DNA from: Candidatus Nanopelagicales bacterium
Lineage (GTDB): Bacteria; Actinomycetota; Actinomycetes; S36-B12; JBBQYX01
Direction: 5' to 3'
Assembly: GCA_038208295.1 (NCBI GenBank)
Contig: JBBQYX010000009.1
Span: 42 to 64,041 of the forward strand
DNA length: 64,000 nucleotides
Positions 59,777 to 64,000 of this stretch are shown here, in pieces. The first letter of the stretch is position 1; each line of letters opens with the position of its first letter. A program made the translations under genes and the position numbers. The notes beneath the pieces were generated by a model. The model was not told where the DNA came from. It saw only the letters and a list, made by a program, of their open reading frames with translations, and made no database searches.

Positions 59777-61884
59777 GCCGACCTACGGAACAGCATCGTG
59801 CAGCGCCCACGAACCGGGACGGTGGCCTTGGCCGCCAATGGGTCACGTCCCTCGGGGAACCCGTCCGGCGTGGTGGTGTCCAGGACGACGTCCCAGGAGT
59901 CGCCGAATTCCGGACCCGGGAGGCAGTAATCCACTGTTTCGTCGTGGGCGTTGAGCAGCAACAGAAAGCAGTCGTCACGAATATGCACACCACGGGGGTC
60001 CTTCTCCGGCAGGTCCTCGCCGTTGAGGAACACTCCCAGGGACCTGGCATAGCCGTTTCCCCAGTCCTCGTCGTCCATCGGTTCGCCGTCCGGGCGCAAC
60101 CAAGCTATGTCGTGGAGTCCTGATGACGTGCCGCGTACATCGGCACCCTGGAAGAAGCGGCGCCGCCGGAAGATCGGGTGCGCCCGGCGCAGCGCGATCA
60201 GTCGGGTGGTGTAGTCCAGCAGGGCTTCGTCAACGTCGTCCCAGTGGATCCAGGAGATCTCGTTATCCTGACAGTAGGCATTGTTATTCCCACCCTGGGT
60301 CCTGCCGAGTTCGTCTCCGTGCAGCAGCATCGGCACCCCTTGACTGAGGAGGAGGGTCGCCAGCAGGTTCCGCTGCTGACGGGCCCGGCGGAAGAGCACG
60401 TGCTTGTCGTCGGTCTCTCCCTCGATGCCGCAGTTCCAGCCACGGTTGTGGCTCTCCCCGTCGTTGTTGTCCTCCCCATTGGCCTCGTTGTGCTTATGGT
60501 TGTACGAGACCAGATCCCGGAGGGTAAACCCGTCGTGCGCGGTCACGAAGTTGACCGACGCGATCGGCCGCCGACCGCTGCTCTCGTACAGGTCGGAGGA
60601 GCCAGTGAGGCGGGAGGCAAACTCCGGCATAGACGCCGACTCACCACGCCAGAAGTCACGTACGGTGTCACGGAACTTGCCATTCCATTCGGTCCACAGT
60701 GGCGGGAAGCCGCCGATCTGATAGCCACCGTCGCCGAGATCCCAGGGCTCAGCTATCAGCTTCACCTGGGAGATGATCGGGTCCTGGTGCACGATGTCGA
60801 AAAAGGCGCTCAAGCGATCGACCTCGTGGAACTGACGCGCCAGCGTAGCTGCGAGGTCGAACCGGAAACCGTCCACGTGCATCTCGGAAACCCAGTAGCG
60901 CAATGAATCCATGATCAGCTGCAGCACGTGCGGACTGCGCATGAGCAGGCTGTTCCCGGTGCCGGTGGTGTCGTAGTAGTGCTGTTTCTCGTCCTCGACC
61001 AGGCGGTAATAGGCGGCGTTGTCGATGCCCCGCAACGACAACGTGGGGCCCATGTGGTTGCCCTCGGCCGTGTGGTTGTAGACGACGTCCAAGATAACCT
61101 CGATACCGGCCCTATGCAGGTCCCGAACCATCGCCTTGAACTCCGAGACCTGCTGGCCGTCCATCCCGGTATACGCGTAGGAGGCATGCGGAGCGAAAAA
61201 CCCGAGCGTGTTGTAACCCCAGTAGTTGCGAAGACCCCGCTGGCGCAGGTGGTGGTCCTGGGTGAAGTGGTGCACCGGCATGAGTTCGACTGCTGTGATG
61301 CCCAGCGAGTGGAAGTGCTCGATCATTGCCGGGTGGGCGATCCCGGCATAACTGCCGCGCATCTCCTCGGGGATTCCTGGGTGGGTCATTGTCAGGCCCT
61401 TGACGTGCGCCTCGTAGATGATCGACTCGTTGTACGGAGTGCGGGGCGGCCGGTCTTCCTGCCAGTCGAAGTACGGGTTGATCACGACGGACTTCGGTGT
61501 GTGCTTGGCGGAGTCCAGGTCGTTCCGCGAGTCTGGGTCGTCCCAGAAATAGCCGAAACACGCCTCGTCCCAGTCGATGCGGCCGTCGATCGCCTTGGCG
61601 TAGGGGTCGATGAGCAACTTGTTCTGGTTGCATCGATGACCGTGCGAGGGGTCGTAGGGGCCGTCAACCCGGTAGCCGTACCGCTGTCCGGGCCTGATCC
61701 CCGGGATGTAGCCGTGGAAGACGTCAGCGTCCTTCTCACACAGCGGGATGCAGTTCTCATTGCCCTGGTCGTCGAACAGGCACAAGGTCACCGCGTCGGC
61801 GACGGAGGAGAATAGACTGAAGTTGACTCCGGCCCCGTCGTACGTGGCGCCAAGAGGGTATGAGACGCCGGGCCATACCTGCAT
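59773..61884 (-). CDS. glgX: Glycogen debranching enzyme GlgX/TreX
   Basis: MQVWPGVSYPLGATYDGAGVNFSLFS, IYEAHVKGLT, ELMPVHHF, NYWGYNTLGFFAPH, VILDVVYNHTAEG, GFRFDLA, AEPWD. Confidence 0.95.
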   Translation of the reverse strand: MQVWPGVSYPLGATYDGAGVNFSLFSSVADAVTLCLFDDQGNENCIPLCEKDADVFHGYIPGIRPGQRYGYRVDGPYDPSHGHRCNQNKLLIDPYAKAIDGRIDWDEACFGYFWDDPDSRNDLDSAKHTPKSVVINPYFDWQEDRPPRTPYNESIIYEAHVKGLTMTHPGIPEEMRGSYAGIAHPAMIEHFHSLGITAVELMPVHHFTQDHHLRQRGLRNYWGYNTLGFFAPHASYAYTGMDGQQVSEFKAMVRDLHRAGIEVILDVVYNHTAEGNHMGPTLSLRGIDNAAYYRLVEDEKQHYYDTTGTGNSLLMRSPHVLQLIMDSLRYWVSEMHVDGFRFDLAATLARQFHEVDRLSAFFDIVHQDPIISQVKLIAEPWDLGDGGYQIGGFPPLWTEWNGKFRDTVRDFWRGESASMPEFASRLTGSSDLYESSGRRPIASVNFVTAHDGFTLRDLVSYNHKHNEANGEDNNDGESHNRGWNCGIEGETDDKHVLFRRARQQRNLLATLLLSQGVPMLLHGDELGRTQGGNNNAYCQDNEISWIHWDDVDEALLDYTTRLIALRRAHPIFRRRRFFQGADVRGTSSGLHDIAWLRPDGEPMDDEDWGNGYARSLGVFLNGEDLPEKDPRGVHIRDDCFLLLLNAHDETVDYCLPGPEFGDSWDVVLDTTTPDGFPEGRDPLAAKATVPVRGRCTMLFRRSA

Positions 61885-62046
61885 GTGAGTCCTCCTCGTG
61901 GGGCGGCGCGAACGCTCGCCAGTGGCACTGTAGGCGGGCTCGCTCCCACGAGCCTCGCATACGGCGCCTGGGTCATTCCCCCGGCAAGCGCCGGATCAAA
62001 CCGCGCCCGACCGCGCCCTGGTCACGGCCTATGGCTGGCGCCCCAC

Positions 62047-62072
62047 GTTTCCCGAGCGGCTCGACCGGGCAC
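62047..62072 (+). promoter_or_regulatory. Candidate sigma-B/F-type promoter (weak match)
   Basis: GTTT-N16-GGGCAC, 57 nt upstream of ATG 62129. Confidence 0.2.
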
Positions 62073-62128
62073 CCTCGAACGCATCCGGGCGGCTGATGCC
62101 GTCCCACTGCGACCGTAGGGAGACAGCC

Positions 62129-62518
62129 ATGAAGGGCAAGTTGCTCATGCTCGGGATTGCCGCGACGGGTGGCTACATCGCGGGTGCTCGGGCCGGGCAG
62201 GAGCGCTACGAATCGATTCGTGGCGCTGCAGCGAAGGTGGGCCTGAAGCTCCCCGCAGCCGGATCCGAGGTGGGTTCGCGCCAGGACGGGATGAGCAGTG
62301 ACTCCCCGTACGGCACCTCATCCCCGGGGCCCAGCCCCGACGCCGCCGGAGCCACGTACGGCTTTGCCGACTCCCCGACCGGGCCGACCGCGGACCTCCA
62401 CAGTGCCGACACGCACCCGGGCCGGGCCGAAGACGCCATGACGCAGGTCCGCGACGACGCGGTGAGTTTGGCCGACAAGGTCCAGGCCAGCGGATCCGGC
62501 CCGCACGCCGCCCCCTGA
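62129..62518 (+). CDS. Hypothetical protein with a YtxH-like N-terminal helix (tentative)
   Basis: GGGAGA upstream of the ATG. MKGKLLMLGIAATGGYIAGARAGQERYESI.. hydrophobic/amphipathic N-terminus, then a disordered Ser/Pro/Gly-rich part. Confidence 0.5.
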   Translation: MKGKLLMLGIAATGGYIAGARAGQERYESIRGAAAKVGLKLPAAGSEVGSRQDGMSSDSPYGTSSPGPSPDAAGATYGFADSPTGPTADLHSADTHPGRAEDAMTQVRDDAVSLADKVQASGSGPHAAP

Positions 62519-62525
62519 TGAACCC

Positions 62526-63791
62526 ATGGCAGGGAGGGGGGCAGACGTGAGGATCGCGCTGGTCTCACTATCCGGCAGTCCCACCCTTGAACCAGGCGGA
62601 CAGCACTCCGGCTTCGCCAACGCGTACGTAGCCGGTCTCGCACCGGCATTGAACGCCACGGGTCATGACGTGACTGTCCTCACGTTGGCTGTCGACGCAC
62701 CGGTCATGTCCCTGCCGAAAGCAACGGGCTTCAGCAGGCAGCGGAGCTACGAAATCGTGGAACTCCCGGCCAGTGGGACCCCATCAGGTGGTCCGCTGGC
62801 GGATGCCGTTCGGCAGCAGGTTCCCGCCATCGCCGCCGAGATCGCCGGGTCGCTGCGCGCCCGCCACGCAGACGTGATCGTGACGGTGTCCTGGCCGGCC
62901 GCGCTGGCCGTCGCCGCCGCCACGAGAGACTCAGAACTGGCCGCAATACCGGTTGTCTCCGTCTTTGACGGGAGCAATCAGGCGGCGCGACCGGATTCGT
63001 CGGGCCCAGACAGCGCGGGCCTGGGGCGCCTGCGGCAGGCGCTGGCGGCAGCAGCAACCACCGCGGTGGCCACCTCCACCAGTGCGGCCACCCGACTGGT
63101 GGGCCCCGGTTTGGCCCGCAGCGCCGTACCCGTCGTGCCCGCCGGCATCGACACCGCTACGTTCGACCGTTCAGGGCCGTCCGCCACCACGCGTAACCTG
63201 CCGCGCGTGGTTACCGCAGGCCGACTACCGGACGGCATGGCCATGGACGGACTGCTGCGCATCATCAGCCGCATTCCGGCGGTGGAATTGGTCGTCTGCG
63301 GTGGCCCTGAGCCGGCCGAGTTGTCGACGGATGCGGAGGTACGCCGTCTCATGGCGGCCGCCGAGACACTGGGGATAGCCAAACGAGTCACGTTCAGCGG
63401 GCGGCTCCCGCGATCCCGCCTGGCCGAAGTGTTTCGCTCCGCCGAGTTATACGTCGATCTCTCGGGGAGCGATTCATTCGGGATGTCAGCGGTGGAAGCC
63501 ATGGCGTGTGGTACGCCTGTCCTTGGGTTCGACGTCGGGGGCCTCACCGACACCGTGGTGGACGGTGTGACCGGGCGGCTACTGCCCGTGGGCGACATGA
63601 CCGCAGCGATGCGCGTCCTTGCGTCGCTGCACAACGACCCATTCGCCCTTCAGGCGATGGGCCATGCCGCTGCGGACCGAGCTAGCGCACGCTATCCCTG
63701 GCGGCGCGTCGCCGAAGAACTCAACGACGTTCTCACCTCGGCCTTCGGCCAGAGCGTTCCAGGGCCGGAACTCGCCGACATCCACGCCTGA
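62526..63791 (+). CDS. GT4-family (GT-B) glycosyltransferase
   Basis: (V)RIALVSLSGSP...GGQHSGFANAYVAGLAPAL N-terminal pattern. C-terminal LYVDLSGSDSFGMSAVEAMACGTPVLGFDVGGLTDTVVDGVTGRL (E-x7-E region). The start may be GTG 62548. Confidence 0.8.
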   Translation: MAGRGADVRIALVSLSGSPTLEPGGQHSGFANAYVAGLAPALNATGHDVTVLTLAVDAPVMSLPKATGFSRQRSYEIVELPASGTPSGGPLADAVRQQVPAIAAEIAGSLRARHADVIVTVSWPAALAVAAATRDSELAAIPVVSVFDGSNQAARPDSSGPDSAGLGRLRQALAAAATTAVATSTSAATRLVGPGLARSAVPVVPAGIDTATFDRSGPSATTRNLPRVVTAGRLPDGMAMDGLLRIISRIPAVELVVCGGPEPAELSTDAEVRRLMAAAETLGIAKRVTFSGRLPRSRLAEVFRSAELYVDLSGSDSFGMSAVEAMACGTPVLGFDVGGLTDTVVDGVTGRLLPVGDMTAAMRVLASLHNDPFALQAMGHAAADRASARYPWRRVAEELNDVLTSAFGQSVPGPELADIHA

Positions 63792-63831
63792 TCAACGTGC
63801 TAGTCACCGTTACAGCCCGCCTTTTGTACGG

Positions 63832-63856
63832 GTTTCCTGTTGCGCTAGGTGGGTAG
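63832..63856 (+). promoter_or_regulatory. Candidate sigma-B/F-type promoter upstream of csbD-like gene
   Basis: GTTT-N15-GGGTAG read directly. Compare the known sigma-B/SigF consensus GTTT-N14-17-GGGTAT. Lies 73 nt upstream of ATG 63929. Confidence 0.45.
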
Positions 63857-63928
63857 GAACCCTGCAGCGATGGCGCGGCAAAACGGCCCAGCCGTCCGCT
63901 GTAGTTCCGCCTCCGGAAAGGACTCATC

Positions 63929-64000
63929 ATGGGTGCCATGGACAAGATCAACAACGCAGTCGAAGACGTCAAGGGCAAGGTCAAGGAAGCTGTGGGCGAC
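63929..64000 (+). CDS. CsbD-family stress protein, N-terminal part (continues beyond window)
   Basis: GGAAAGGA upstream of the ATG. MGAMDKINNAVEDVKGKVKEAVGD is the typical CsbD N-terminus. Confidence 0.7.
   Translation, partial: MGAMDKINNAVEDVKGKVKEAVGD

Overview
Visibly high-GC, GC3-skewed chromosome segment, most consistent with a flagellated actinobacterium. All calls come from reading the supplied translations and DNA by eye; no searches were run.

(1) Bases 1-28066 are one large flagellar and chemotaxis locus.
- Plus strand: fliI(partial)-fliJ-fliK-flgD-flgE | flbD-motA-motB-fliL-fliM-fliN-fliO-fliP-fliQ-fliR-flhB-flhA-(flhF-like)-(small membrane ORF) | cheA-cheW-cheY-cheB-cheR-cheX-cheY2-(cheX-like).
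- Convergent minus-strand operon: flgN-flgK-flgL-fliW-csrA.
- Three sites share a sigma-28-type promoter pattern, T(C/A)AG-N15-nnCGATAGGA. They sit in front of flbD, cheA and flgN and help reset several ORF-track start codons.
- No flagellin, MCP, flhG, flgM or fliA/sigD gene is recognisable inside the window.

(2) Bases 28434-50076 are housekeeping genes. From memory, their order matches the Mycobacterium tuberculosis Rv2465c-Rv2478c block (rpiB, dsbA-like, pepN, glbO-aglA, ettA, ssb-like). Interspersed are ku, malQ, an amidase, a two-component system, a prolyl oligopeptidase, mscS and an SDR/DUF2867-type gene.

(3) Bases 50664-64000 carry tRNA-Arg(UCU), a ThrE-family transporter, cysK-cysE, the treX(glgX)-treY-treZ operon, a GT4 glycosyltransferase and three small stress-type proteins. 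Each of these small proteins is preceded by a GTTT-N15/16-GGG(T/C)A(N) sigma-B/F-like motif.

No rRNA, CRISPR array, transposase or integrase was seen. I did not find a self-contained, clearly novel multi-gene system such as a defence island. The least explained and most interesting items are:
- an FlhF-position protein whose GTPase motifs look eroded, translationally coupled to a tiny membrane protein;
- a CheA that lacks a recognisable P2 domain, carries one MshEN-like 24-residue motif and has two CheW-like domains;
- a cheX-cheY2-cheX-like module;
- FliW-CsrA in a high-GC Gram-positive, without an adjacent flagellin gene;
- a Ku protein with a C-terminal Rho_N/HeH-like domain.

Many long ORFs in the six-frame track are off-frame or antisense artefacts of the GC-rich sequence and were rejected.
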